Shown one piece after another: positions 13,421 through 25,879 of a DNA stretch of 64,000 nucleotides. Under the pieces are notes generated by a model that searched no databases, was not told the DNA's origin, and saw only the letters and a program-made list of their open reading frames with translations. The stretch is taken from contig NC_042998.1 of NCBI RefSeq assembly GCF_006345805.1, positions 139,314,001-139,378,000 of the forward strand, written 5' to 3'. A program made the translations under genes and the position numbers. The stretch comes from Octopus sinensis (taxonomy: Eukaryota). Positions within the stretch are counted from its first letter, which is position 1. Each line of letters opens with the position of its first letter.

Positions 13421-14446
13421 ACAGGTATTATTACATGGTGCAGCACAGGGGCTTTTTAAATGGCACAGCATAGGGCTCTTGCAGGCCAATCCTCTGCAGG
13501 GTGAGTGGCATCAACAATATATGTATACACACATGATGGGTTTTTTCCGGTTCCCACCTGTAAGTCCACACACAAGGCTATGGTCAATCCAGGCTTTGTT
13601 GACAACACTTCCTTGAGTTGCTATACAGTGGGACTGAACCTAAGACTGCATGATTGGTAAGCAAGCTTCTCAACCACACAGCTATGCCTACAATCTATAT
13701 GAAAACATAGTATATTATATTATATTTAATCCATTACTCACTTTAACAGAAACCTAATTAATTCGTGCCCAACTTTCATTCTAACTAAATGGTGGAAAAT
13801 ACAACAAATTTCTCATCCAATAATGTTAAACAAATGAGAAATAAATCTCACCCTGGGTATAATACCAGTTTGTTATTAATTACTAAACATTAAATTAACT
13901 AAAGCACTAAACATTAACTAGTAATGGATTTGAATTCAGGATTGAGTTGATTGCTCACGCTATCTTATTCACTCAATTGTATATGTCAGATCTTTTAAAT
14001 GGTAAATTGACAACAATTAATGTAATTATATTTACATACTTCTAAGACGAGGGATTATTAAACAAATAATTATTGATTATACAAGATGAGGTTAATAACC
14101 CTGTCGATAATTACTCATTTACCACTTAATGTAGGTAATACATTAATATGAGAAATTAGCATATGAGAAATTAGCATGAACAAATTTACATTTTAACAAT
14201 TGTGATATAAATAAAAATATCTCACTTTAAAGACTAAAAGCAATGTAATTATTCATATAACATTCACATTCTAAGACAGGAATCGATACCAATATTAAAA
14301 AAATCAAATATTTTCAATAAGCATAATTTCTTTAGACTTGAGGCTGATGTTATATAAATCTATTTAAAATTTGATGGTAAAAATGTAATAAAATATGATA
14401 GTGTGAAGAAAATACAAAGTGAAACAAAAACTATATTTTTTATCTT

Positions 14447-14810
14447 TTACTTGATGTAGTCATTGGACTGCAGCCATACTGGAGCACCACCTTGGAGTGT
14501 TTAGTTGAACAAATCAACTCCAGTACTTGTTTCTTTTTAAGTGTGGTACTTATTCAATTGGTCTCTTTCACCAAACTACTACATTATGGGGACATAAACT
14601 AACACCAGTTGTCAAGCACAAACACACACATACACACACACACACACATGACAGGCTTCCACACAGTTTCTATCTACAAAATTCACTCACAAGGCTTTGG
14701 TCAGCCCAAGGTTACAGTAGAAGACACTTGCTCAAGATATCACACAATGGGACTGAACCCAAAACCACATAGTTGCAAAGCAAGCTTCTTAACCATACCG
14801 CTATGCTTAC
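14447..14810 (-). mobile_element. S2 SINE, near full length
   Basis: Family match including CORE-like AGTAGAAGACACTTGC and the tail. Confidence 0.8.
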
Positions 14811-15074
14811 ACTTGATGACATATGAAAATACATACGTACACACAGATGTAAAATAGTATTCACTGCCATAGTTTCAAAACTTATAAACAATAGTTCAGA
14901 GAAAAATTTCCATAAATTACAGATACTTCTAAACTTTCAAATTTATCAACCAAATCTATTTCAAAGTAGGGCTTAGTATTTTTAACCCTATTTTCTAGGT
15001 TAAATGAGAAAATTCTGTTCTGGTATTTGATTTGCAAGATTCTTAATATGAATTCATGTTGAAACAGGTGTTAT

Positions 15075-15347
15075 ATTTCAAGAGAGTCATTATGCTAATA
15101 ATAAACACATGCACTGGTTCTATTTCACTTCTTTATTTTTATTTGTCAATTCATTAACCATTTAAACAATTAACTAATCAATTCTTCGATTAATCATTTG
15201 GTCAATCAATCAATCAGGTTTATCAAAGTCCTTGCACCACCATTTGCAACCTCATCAATGACATGCCCTTTGAGAAACCTAGCTAATTGACTAAGCAATT
15301 AATCAAACAATCAATTAGCTAATTGGTTAAATGGCTAACTAGTTGAC

Positions 15348-15380
<33 letters not shown>

Positions 15381-15440
15381 AAGAAGTGAAATAAAACCAC
15401 TGTGTGTTTATTATTGGCTTACTGACCCCACTCAGGGTAT
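15075..15440. mobile_element. foldback / long-TIR non-autonomous element
   Basis: Imperfect inverted arms (about 15075-15218 / 15278-15440) around a roughly 60-bp core; second copy near 56750-57045. Confidence 0.6.
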
Positions 15441-16785
15441 TGTTTTTCCAGTTTATTTTAATGCCATCTACTTTTTCAACTGAATTTCCATTAGTAATCA
15501 AAATAATAATATTGGTAGAATAAATCTATAGACCAGCCTATACAACAGTCTCTCATTTTCTCTGTAATTTTTCTACTTATTTAATTTCCTTAAGACCTAA
15601 TCAAGCTATTGTAAATAAAGATTCCCTTGGTTTATTTCTGCTCTTGAAATATCAAACTCTCTTGTCTACAGAACCTCATATATATTGCATTATTTCTTTT
15701 AAAAACTGAAGTTCCCAAGAATTGAATGAATACTGACACTAGAACATGTGGGAGGAAGCTGATTATCAATGCCACTGCAATCATCATCATTGTTATTTTA
15801 ATGCCAATGTTGTTTTTTTTCCATGCTGATGTAATTTAGATTTGTCAGACTGCATATCATTTGGACAACAAATCTCAAAACAAATTATCAAAGGTAGCAA
15901 ATATCAACGAATTTCATTTCATTCTTATTTAAGTAGTTTTTGTTATTTGCCCAAATTCTAAAGCTATTTTTGCAAGAAAATAAACACAGAACGTAGCACA
16001 GTTTATGGTCTGAATTTTAGATTTAATGCTTTTTACAGGATAATAGTAGAAACAGATCTATCCCATAGCCGCATGTCATGTGCTTAATACTAATATCAAA
16101 GCAACAATGAAATAAGTCCACCAAGCTTTCATAATAGTTGTTGGCTGGTTGTCTTTTGGTTTTAATTTCCAAGTTCCAATCACTAAATATAAATATTTAA
16201 AAACTGAATCATATTATTTCTTGTGAGTCCAGTGTTTGTGTGTATGCATGTATGTGTGTGTACACATTTAGCTCAAAACAAAGACCAATTCATTAGATTT
16301 GAAAGTCTAATGACAGAATGACTAAACAGAGAATGTCATAACTTTTTTAACAATCAGTCTTCTCTACATGCATGGATGCACTTTATGAATATCTGAATAA
16401 GAATTGTTATAACTTTGTGGTCAACCTAACCTCATAGAGATTTCATCAAAAGATTTTCTAATCAGAACAATGTCCAACTACAAAACAAAGCAAAAATTAT
16501 TGTCAGTTATCAACTTCATTGAACAACTATATTTTACTGGTTAATTGTGTCTATTTAATATTTATCAACAAAATAACAATATACAAGTTAACTAGACCAT
16601 GAAAATGTAGAATGATGGGGTTTTTTCTTCCTTTTTTTTTTCTTTCTATTTTTGGAGCTAAATACCATCCTGGTACAATCTGCTGAGTCAGGAAATAAAC
16701 ATAATGGGGGATCCAAACCCAACATATATTGATAAGCTTAAGAGTTTTAACTTTCTTAACCAAAAGATTTTTGCCTTGCCCTTTG

Positions 16786-16788
<3 letters not shown>

Positions 16789-16832
<44 letters not shown>
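16789..16832. repeat. (TAA)n microsatellite at the 3' end of the Dong/R4 element
   Basis: direct observation. Confidence 0.9.
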
Positions 16833-16909
16833 GCCTTTGCACAGCTTCTAACACTGGAGATGTACTGCAGTGTCAGCTGTTCACTACCAGTGAACTAAGG
16901 TAACACCTC

Positions 16910-17480
16910 TTATTTTTCGAGCACCTTCCAGAGTATTCGAATGGTTCCAAGCAATGCTGTTTTCTGCAAGTGCTCCACCCTTGTTGCAGCCCCTATTTGT
17001 TCCATGTACTTCTCGAGATTTTTACTCACTGTTCCCAAGGCTCCGACAATTATTGGTACCACTACCACCTTTTTTCATCAACCACAACTGCTTTACCTCC
17101 CAAGCTAACCTGTCATTCCTATCGACTTTTCTTTCTTCCTTATTACATACCTTGTTGTCAGCTGGGCATGCTATATCTATGATCCAGCATAGTTTGGTTT
17201 CCTATTCTCTATCTCATGGTTGCACTGAATCATAAAATCCCACAGGATCTTTGCATTATCATTTTCAATGATGCCTTCAGGTTTGTGATCGTACTAATTT
17301 TCTTCTCTGTCAAGTCCATACTTGTTGCAAAGTGTCCAATGAACAAGCCTTGCTATATTGTCGTGGCATCTCTTATATTCCTTCTAGGCTAGTGGCATAC
17401 ATTGGCTGGTAATATGCCATACAGTTTCATCATTTTGTCCACAGATTCTGCACATCACTTTCTGATGTGTTGTCTACTCT
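16910..17480 (-). pseudogene. zinc-knuckle and restriction-like endonuclease domain of the Dong/R4 ORF (disrupted)
   Basis: C-x-I-C-G...ETVWHI...HDNIARLVHWTLCNKYG...KILWDF...RKP|KLCWIIDIACP...RILWKVLEK*; stops and frameshifts present. Confidence 0.85.
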
Positions 17481-17889
17481 GTATTTTATGTAGTTTGTTC
17501 TTAGTGCTTGCTCTTGGGCAGCACAGATTAGAGCCTTCGTTTCTGGTTTTAAATCACCATTAGTCATCCACAGCCATCTTTTTTCTCTGTCTGTCTTATC
17601 TTCAATATCCCTATGAAATTGTCCATGCATTCTTTTCTTTATCCACTTATTTTCAGTTTCATTCATTCTCAAGTGCTTGTACAGTGCTTTATCTTTGCAA
17701 TCTTCCATCCTACACAAGCCTGACCTTTTTACTTCAAATAATAGCGGTTCTGTGACATATTTTAAATACCATGCTATGTTGTTTTCTTCTGCTCTAATGC
17801 TATGTTCACATCCAATAAGTCCACTTCCCCCCTTTTTTTCGTGGTACATATAGTCTGTCTGTGTCACTTTTTGGGTGAAGTGTCCCATA

Positions 17890-18800
17890 TCTAGTTAGCA
17901 ACTTCCTTGTCTTTCTGTCTAAGCTGTTTAGTTCATCTACTGTCCATGCGATTACCCCTGCTCCTTATCTAATGAGTGTAACTGCCCAAATTCAATCTTA
18001 TTCCGTCCATTTAATTTTGATCTAAGGATCAGTCTCAGTCTGCACAAGTACTCCACCTTAAATTTTTCTATCATTTCTTTCTCCATCAATTTGTCCATTT
18101 CCAAAATCCCCAAGTACTTATAAGCCCATCTCTTCTATCTGCTTCATAACCTCTCCCAACGATATCAATAGCCCGCCCATACATTTGATTTTGCCTCTCA
18201 TCAAGACTAACACACCACACTTTCTCAGTCCAAACTCCATTCTGATATCATCAATGAAAGTATACACCGTATCAACGAAGGAACTGACTTGGGCTTCATC
18301 CTTACCATGAAGTTTGATAGGTTCATACACTCCATAATCCAAGAGTGTGGGATCACATCGTATGCCTTACGATAGTCAATCCATGACATGGCTTAGTTAC
18401 TTTTCCTCTTCTTGCAGTCTCTAAGTACAGTTTTGTCTATCAGGAGTTGATCCTTGGTACCTCTGCACTTACGCTTGCACCAGTTCTGCTCATGTGGTAG
18501 GACTCCATTTTTTTCCAGATGTTCATACATTAACTTTGTGAGTATTCCAGTCAATAATTTCCACATAAGTGGCAGACAGGATATCTGCCTATAATTGTCT
18601 ATCGTATTGCCTTTTTCGATGTTTTACAAACACAGCACTGCCCTACTCAATGTCAACTGCTGTGTTATTACTTGGTCGGCATTTAACAAGGTGTTGAGTT
18701 GTGCAGCTATTCATGCACGACATTCGACAAATCTTTGGTCCCGGAGCCTTCCAGTTCCTCATTTTTTTTTTGCTGATTTCCTTCACTTCCATAACTGAAA
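17890..18800 (-). pseudogene. reverse transcriptase domain of the Dong/R4 ORF, catalytic core deleted
   Basis: HSWIMECMNL is joined directly to IKLHGKDEAQ at about 18317; the QGD and YxDD regions expected between them are absent. Confidence 0.85.
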
Positions 18801-20713
18801 TGACTAGTTCTGCCTGTTTTGGACAGACTACTGTTTGTTTCAGTTCTTGCAACCTTCTTGTGCTCCTTGTCTTTGCTCCAGACGTCACTCCAAAACTTTT
18901 GACTTTCATTGTTATCTGGTATTAACTTTTCATTTGTACACTCTCCATTTATTTCTTTATAGAATCTCTTCTGATTTACTCTGAATAACCTATTCTGGTG
19001 GTAACCATTCTTTGATCGAATCTTACCATCTTTGCTTTCTTTGCAACAAGGTGCTGTTTCAGTTTTTCCACTACTACTTTCAGGCCCTTTCTTTCAATAT
19101 TATACTCAGGGCCCTTTATTTTTGTTCGCTTTGAAGCTCCCCTTTCTCTTTTCGGTCTAACACAGAAATTTCCTTCGAGAGCATGTCTAACGCTGCTTGG
19201 GTTCTTCTTTTCCACCATGGATCTTTTCTTTTGCCACTCATGTTTCTTTTTCTTGACATCAACACTCACGTTTTCTACCACAACAATACTTGCTGCCTTG
19301 ATCAAATTATTTGTTTCTGTGATGTTTGTTCTGATGTATTTCAGAATTTCATTGACATTTTTCATTTCTTGGTTCAATTTCCAGCGATCAACCCTTTTAA
19401 GGTTGCAAATAATGTTGCTATCGTTCTCCTGTAGTCTTAACTTTATTCTGTCATAGATTGCCTTTTGTTTATCTGTCATGTCGCCATTATTTTTATTGTC
19501 TTCATTTAGATCATCTACATGTCTCTCATCAAGTAAACTGCCACTGTTCCTTTCTTGTGCCAAGAGATTACTCTTATTAGTAAGTACTGCATTTTCATTG
19601 TTATCTCTGCTGCTATTTTCCAAGACCCATCTCTTGATAGCTTCAAGCTCTACTTCTGTGAACCAATGATTTTTTTAACCACTAATTTGAGCACCATTTT
19701 CATCTACCGGGTTGCTCAGATAGTAACACTCCATGACCACAGCATTAATTTGCTTGCTCCATCTATGCCATGTCTGGATATCTACAGGCTGGAGCCAGGC
19801 CAGAATCTCTGAGCCTACCAGGTGCAACACTGTCACCATCAATGGCTTCAGTTTCATTACCACCATTATTCACAATATCGTGTTTATTCATTGTCATTCA
19901 TATGAGGTAGCGATTATCAGGTTGTGCAATTACCAGTGTTTTTATTTTGACACCATCACTAGATGTATCATTAATCAGGACATGGGGAGACTTCACCAGC
20001 TCCTTTCATTATTATTATTATTATCATCACTGATATCACTGGTATTATTGTTTGGGCCTCAGATTCTTGTGCTATCAGAATAGTAATAGTTGTAGTATTT
20101 GTAGCATTAGTAGTATTAGCAGCTGTAGCATATTATCATTATTTTTATTTTTATCATTACCACCACCACTACCACTGTTATTATCATTATTACTATTTCC
20201 ATTTATTATTAAAAAATTTTGTTAAATGTTCTTTATTTTCAACTTTTGTCTTGTACAGATAATTATAAATATGTGGTTGTTGAAAGAAATGGGGGGTACC
20301 AACTTGGTGAATAGATCAAATTCTACAGTTGGTGGGGAGATCAGCCGTAGAGACAAAAGAATCTTCACACCCTTTGGGTCAGCAGAGGTCAAATGTGTTT
20401 ACTACTATCAGCAACCACTAGGAACGCTGACCTTGCCTCCGAGAAGAAGCAATTCAACTTGTTCTATTTGTAATTACTGGTAGAGAAAACATACACACAC
20501 TATATTCACGTTGTTGATTTTTTTTTTAGTTTCTCAATTCAATTGTGTTGTTGCAATAAAAGTTATGTTTACATATTTGGGTAGTCAGGGAAAAGTTTCA
20601 TACAAAATTTAATATATCAAAGTTTTTAAGTTTTCTTGAGATGTTGGTTTGTCTATTCAGTTTTGCAATGAAAAGGATGTTTACATTTTCGAATGCTCAG
20701 GGAGAAAGGAATA

Positions 20714-20744
<31 letters not shown>

Positions 20745-20745
20745 T

Positions 20746-20945
20746 AAGGTGGTGAGGTGGCTGAATCATTAGCACACTAGACAAAATGCTTAGCAGCACT
20801 TCATTCATCTTTACATCCCGAGTTCAAATTCTGTAAGGCTGACTTTGACTTTCATCCTTTAGGTATCATTTGACCAGGGGGGGGGGTCGATATAATCAAT
20901 GTACCTCTTTCCCAAAATTACTGGCCTTGTCTCAAAAATTGAAAC
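20746..20945 (+). mobile_element. S1 SINE
   Basis: AAGGTGGTGAGGTGGCTGAA head after (TTA)n; shared core and tail. Confidence 0.75.
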
Positions 20946-21058
20946 AACAATAACAACCACCACCATCTTCACCATCATTAAATAAAATACCATTTTACAT
21001 AACTTGCAGCCTGTTAAACAATCTCACATTAGATCTGCAAACTATTGATCTTACTGCT

Positions 21059-21155
21059 GCAAGTTAAATTCTTCAAGTTAAATTCAAGGCAGTTAAATTT
21101 CTTAAAGTTAAATTCATGCAAGTTAAATTCATGCAAGTTAAATTCATGGCAGTAA
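21059..21155. repeat. 14-15-bp minisatellite (GCAAGTTAAATTCAT-like) x6
   Basis: AGTTAAATT at 21062, 21076, 21091, 21106, 21121, 21136. Confidence 0.9.
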
Positions 21156-23120
21156 GCCATGAAGTTGTGACTGTTCAGGCCCATATCAGTTATGATCAAG
21201 CAAACCTTTGATCAAAGTCATCTAGCTACGACCAGCATGTCTTGTTGCAGTTGTTTAGGCCCAAATCAGCTCTGAATAAACAAATTTATGATCAAAGTGC
21301 TCCAGCCATGAGAATACTGTCTTTGTATCAATGTATCATTATTTAATATGTCCTCTTAAGATGGTAGGATATCATTTGAGAGGAATTTGGCTGTTATTTC
21401 TACCAGGCTGACCAACCAAGAGAGGACTCCCTTATTAGCTTATGAAGATATGAAACTATATCAAATATGTGGAAATGAAAACAATGCACAACTGATAATA
21501 AAAATTGAATAGAGGGAAATTAAGAAAGTACAAAAGGAGTTGATAACTGGAAGAAGAGAATTTGATTTGAGGAATAAGTAGCTTTGAATTAAATTAATCT
21601 TCCATATTTTCAGGGAAGATTTCAAAATAGACAGGCTGGTTTTTAAAACTGTATGAGGACTTAATATAAACATCATCATTTTATGTCCACTCTTCTATGC
21701 TTGCATGATTCATGCAGAATTTGTTGAAGCAGATTTTCTAGGGTTAGATTCTGTTCTTGTTGCTAGCCCTATCCTATTTCCAAAGAAGGTATTATTTCCC
21801 CATAGCTTGACAGGTTTCCATGTAAGACTGGAAACAGACACCACTTGTATAACAATGATGCTCCTTTACAACTTTCATGTAATGTCAAGATGAGAGAGAG
21901 AGAGAGAGAGAGAGAGACACACACACACACACACAGGGGGTTTCTTTCAGTTTCCATCTACTAAATTTGCTCACAAAGCCTTTTTGGTCAGCCCAGTGAT
22001 GTAGCAGAAGACATTTGCCCAAAGTGCCAAGCAACAACACTGAATCTGAAACCTCATGGTTAGGAAGCAAATTTCTTAATCATACAGCCAAACCTGCTCC
22101 TAAAAACATATTGCTAAATACCAAATATTATTACAAATATTCTTAATCATTAAAATAGTTTACTTTATTATTCTAAAAATTATGACATATGACCTTGAAC
22201 ATGTTAAAACAATAAGAAAATATGTTTTGCATAAAGACTTTTTTCTTGCTTAACTTGGAACTTAAAAAAAAAATTTTCATGCTTTAAAACAGATAAAGAG
22301 TGATTATTAAAAAATAATTAATTATCAATGTAACAGATACGCATATTATTATAATAGGTAAGACAATGGTTAAAATACTTTTTTAACCACAGCCTCTGGT
22401 CAACCAAAGCCTTATGAGTGAACTTTGGAAGTCAAAAACTATGTGGAAGTCTGTTGAATTTTGTAGATATTCAGACCAGATTTTTAGTCTAAGAATAACT
22501 ACCTCCCATTCTTCTCTGACTAAACCATTAAATATTTTTTAAATTAGAAAGAATAAATGTAACAAATGTACGAGATTCCTTATCCTTTTGCTTGCACATG
22601 TTTCTCAAGCTGAGTTTATGCTATTCAACAGAAGTCATATGGACCACTCAGTTGTGTCATTGAAAGATATTAATCATCATTATCTCAGTGTTAGTCAAGA
22701 ATGATGTCCTTTGAATGTATGTTTTAAATAACTGAGTTCTAGACCATAAATAGACTTAAAAGAAAAACATGGTACAAACAAAAGTATAAATACAAGCATA
22801 TGTAACAATGAAGGACTGAATATAAAAATGCTGAGGAATGAGTAACTATTTTGGAATGATGTTTCACAGGGAGAATATATTTTGCTTGTGACTGTTGTGA
22901 GAGTGAAAAAAATTCTTAATCCTTTCATAGCAGAGAATTGATAGAACTATTAGAGCAAGAGACAGAATGTCCACTGAGGTCAACTTTACTTTTCAGGGTT
23001 GATGAAAAAATACACCCTCAGGTTATTGGATTGACCAAACTATAAAAATATCAGACCAAATTCCTTGCAGTTTTTGATCCAGTTTTCCAATCTTTGTATG
23101 GTCTACATGAATGGAAGACA

Positions 23121-23341
23121 TAATCATTAAGCATCCAGATTATTCTATCAAATGTAATGCTTATTTATTCACATTATCTTGAATTAATCATGCATTACTT
23201 TGTGGCTTTGAGATTTTGATGTGACTTATTTTTAGAATGACATTGTAGGGTATGTGTAAGGGGTTGGATCTTGCCAGTTTGACCATAAAACAGGTAGAAT
23301 ATTTGGGCTGGATATAGCCAGTTTAAATGCCAAAGGGTTAA
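23121..23341 (+). mobile_element. piggyBac-like MITE family B
   Basis: Ends GTTTAAATGCCAAAGGG-TTAA; body shared with the copies at 41.1, 54.3 and 63.7 kb. Confidence 0.7.
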
Positions 23342-24719
23342 TCCATCATCTTGTTCAACACCAACATGTTGGGTACATATAGCAGTGTTGACTCTGCTGC
23401 AAGCAGTCAGGACACGACTCCGATCTGAAGATACCTGCCTCCCAATAATCTCAGAGGTTTTGTAAAAGAGTCAAGGACACTACTTTCTTTCCTGACTAAA
23501 AGATAGAAAAATTGTCACTACTAATTATTCCTAAACAAATACCTATACCACATGTCCAAATACAACTCAGGTGCTTTCTGCTTTTTACATTATTACAATG
23601 TTTACTAATTGCAACAGAACTTCATTATCATACACCACAAAAATTCAGTTTTTTATTTCATCTTACACATATTTATATAATACACAATATGACATAAACA
23701 GCTACCTGCTGTCATAGCATTTAACTCTGTGTTGATTTCCCCACTTGCATCATAATTCACTAAATTGGCCTAGCTTCATTAGGAGTTTTAAAGCCAAACT
23801 AACAGCACAACACAGCTCATTACACAGATTTTAGTTATCCTACATCTTAAGATATTTTTTGTATAAACAAACTCTTTCATCATTCTATCAAATTACTATT
23901 AAATATTCCTGTATTTTCAAATTAAAGAGGAAGAAGAAATAATAAACAAGCTTAACAGTCTCAAAAAACAATCTGGAAATTTAGGTGTCAGAATTTAAGA
24001 GTTCAATAAATTCCATCAAGAAGGCATTACTGTGTGGTTAAGAAGATTGCTTTGCAACCAACTAACTTCAGGTTCATTCCCACTGCACAGCACCTTGAAC
24101 AAGTCTCTTCTTTTATATCCCCAGGCCATCCAATGCCTTGTAAGTAAATTTAAAGGCAAATGTGGAAGTCCATCACATAAATATATATGTAGGATGGGAC
24201 GCTTTTCTTCCACCACTGCTGGGCAAATAGTGCTGGTTTCTTTCTGCAACTTGGCAGTTCTACAATAGACAGGTAGAATATGTACCAGGGTTAAGGTGGT
24301 GCCCTAACATAACCACAGTTTTATGGCCAAAACAAGTAAAGGATAACAGACAGAACAGTGAATTGCATATCTCTAAATGTTCTTTTTCAGCAATTCAGCA
24401 TTAAAATGGTTGCATTAGATATAGACAAAGCTTTTGATATAAAGTTTCCATATTGCTAATCTCTAAAGCATTTTTTGCAAATCACTAAAATTAGTTCTTC
24501 CAATTTTGTATTTACGTTACAAAATTTCTAATTTTGATAGTTGTCCAAAAATCTAAAAAAAAGAAAAAAAGCAACAATTTCAATAGCATCAGGTATCTTA
24601 TTTAGTAAATAAAGTAAACTTCATTAAAATGAAATCTAAGATATTTTCCAGACCAATTAAACTAATTAAAAACAGTATAAATTCAAGCATCAACATACTG
24701 ACAACTTTGCAAACACATA

Positions 24720-24960
24720 TCATCATCATCAGATATCCATTTTCCATACTGGAATGGGTTGGACAGTTTGATAGAATCCAGTGACTTTGCAGAACTGCAT
24801 CAAGTGCCAATGTCAGCTTTAGTGTAGTTTCTACAACTGGATGCCCTTCTAATGCCAACCACTTTACAGAGCATATTGGATGCTTTTTTCCCCCTTGCCA
24901 CCAGCACTACTGAGGTCACAAAGTAACTTGCCAGTCACAAAAATAACAAGAGTAAAGAAA
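24720..24960 (-). mobile_element. RTE 3' tail fragment
   Basis: family match. Confidence 0.7.
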
Positions 24961-25879
24961 GACTCTTCAACTAAGTGAAGAGAGTATTTGTGATAGGATA
25001 GAGATAGCTTTATACCAAGGTGTTGGGAGGCTAAATATAATAGAGGAATAAGCACAGGTGTCTTGCAACTCACAAAATGAAGACAACATTAGATGTGTTC
25101 TTTAAAAAGTAACCAATAAGTGTGGGGGGGGGGAGCCCTCAGCTTAGATCCTAATCCCAGGCATAGCTCTTTTTGTCTGTCCTATATTCTTCACACTACA
25201 GCTTTTCAACTGAATTAAGGCTGTTTAGACTTGTATAATTCTGATTAAAGTCAATTCAAATCACTCAATAATTTTAAAATATTAGACCTCAAGTAATTCA
25301 ACTAATTTTCTGATTCCTGTATAAATTTAGATTATGATAAGTAACATCATATCACATGTGAGGTTATCTAAAGTTCTTAAGTGTTTGGAGAGTTTGACAG
25401 TAAAGCTCTGGATTTCTCAGCCATTTGGCAATGTTTATCGTCTTCATTTGTGTCTGCATCACTGTTAAAAATAGCCTATCAATCTTATATCTCTATGCTA
25501 TGTTACTATGTATCTATATTTAAGATACATCCCCCAGTGTTGCATCTTTTAGCACTGCATTTTTAGAAATATATCTATAGTGCTACCAAGGTATTACTGT
25601 ATTTAGGGAGTTTGGAATAAAAAATATAACTGCTGACAATTGTGGATGAGGCAACATGGACAGCTCTGACCAAGTTTATAAAACCATATTTAAAACAGGT
25701 ATAACTGTGTGGTTAAGAAGTTTGCTTCTCCACTACATGGTTTTGTGTTCAGGCTTACCTTGGACAAGTATCTTCTAATACAGCCCAGTGTCAACGAAAG
25801 CCTTGTAAGTAGATTTGGTAGATGGAAACTAAAAAAATCCAGTCATATGTGTCTGTGTGTCTAAGTTCACTCTTAGTGC

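Larger units (their letters stand above)
16833..20007 (-). mobile_element. R4/Dong-clade non-LTR retrotransposon (RT + restriction-like endonuclease), decayed and internally deleted
   Basis: Ordered motifs: RWSKQINAVVMECYYLSNP (N-term), [68 protein letters not shown], zinc-knuckle region, WIIDIACP...VPIIVGALG...LQKTALLGT; (TAA)n on both flanks. Confidence 0.92.

Noticed and set aside
20392-20420. Minus-strand CTGATAGTAGTAAAC as a second hammerhead relic
   Set aside because: It has no stem II and is too degenerate to support.
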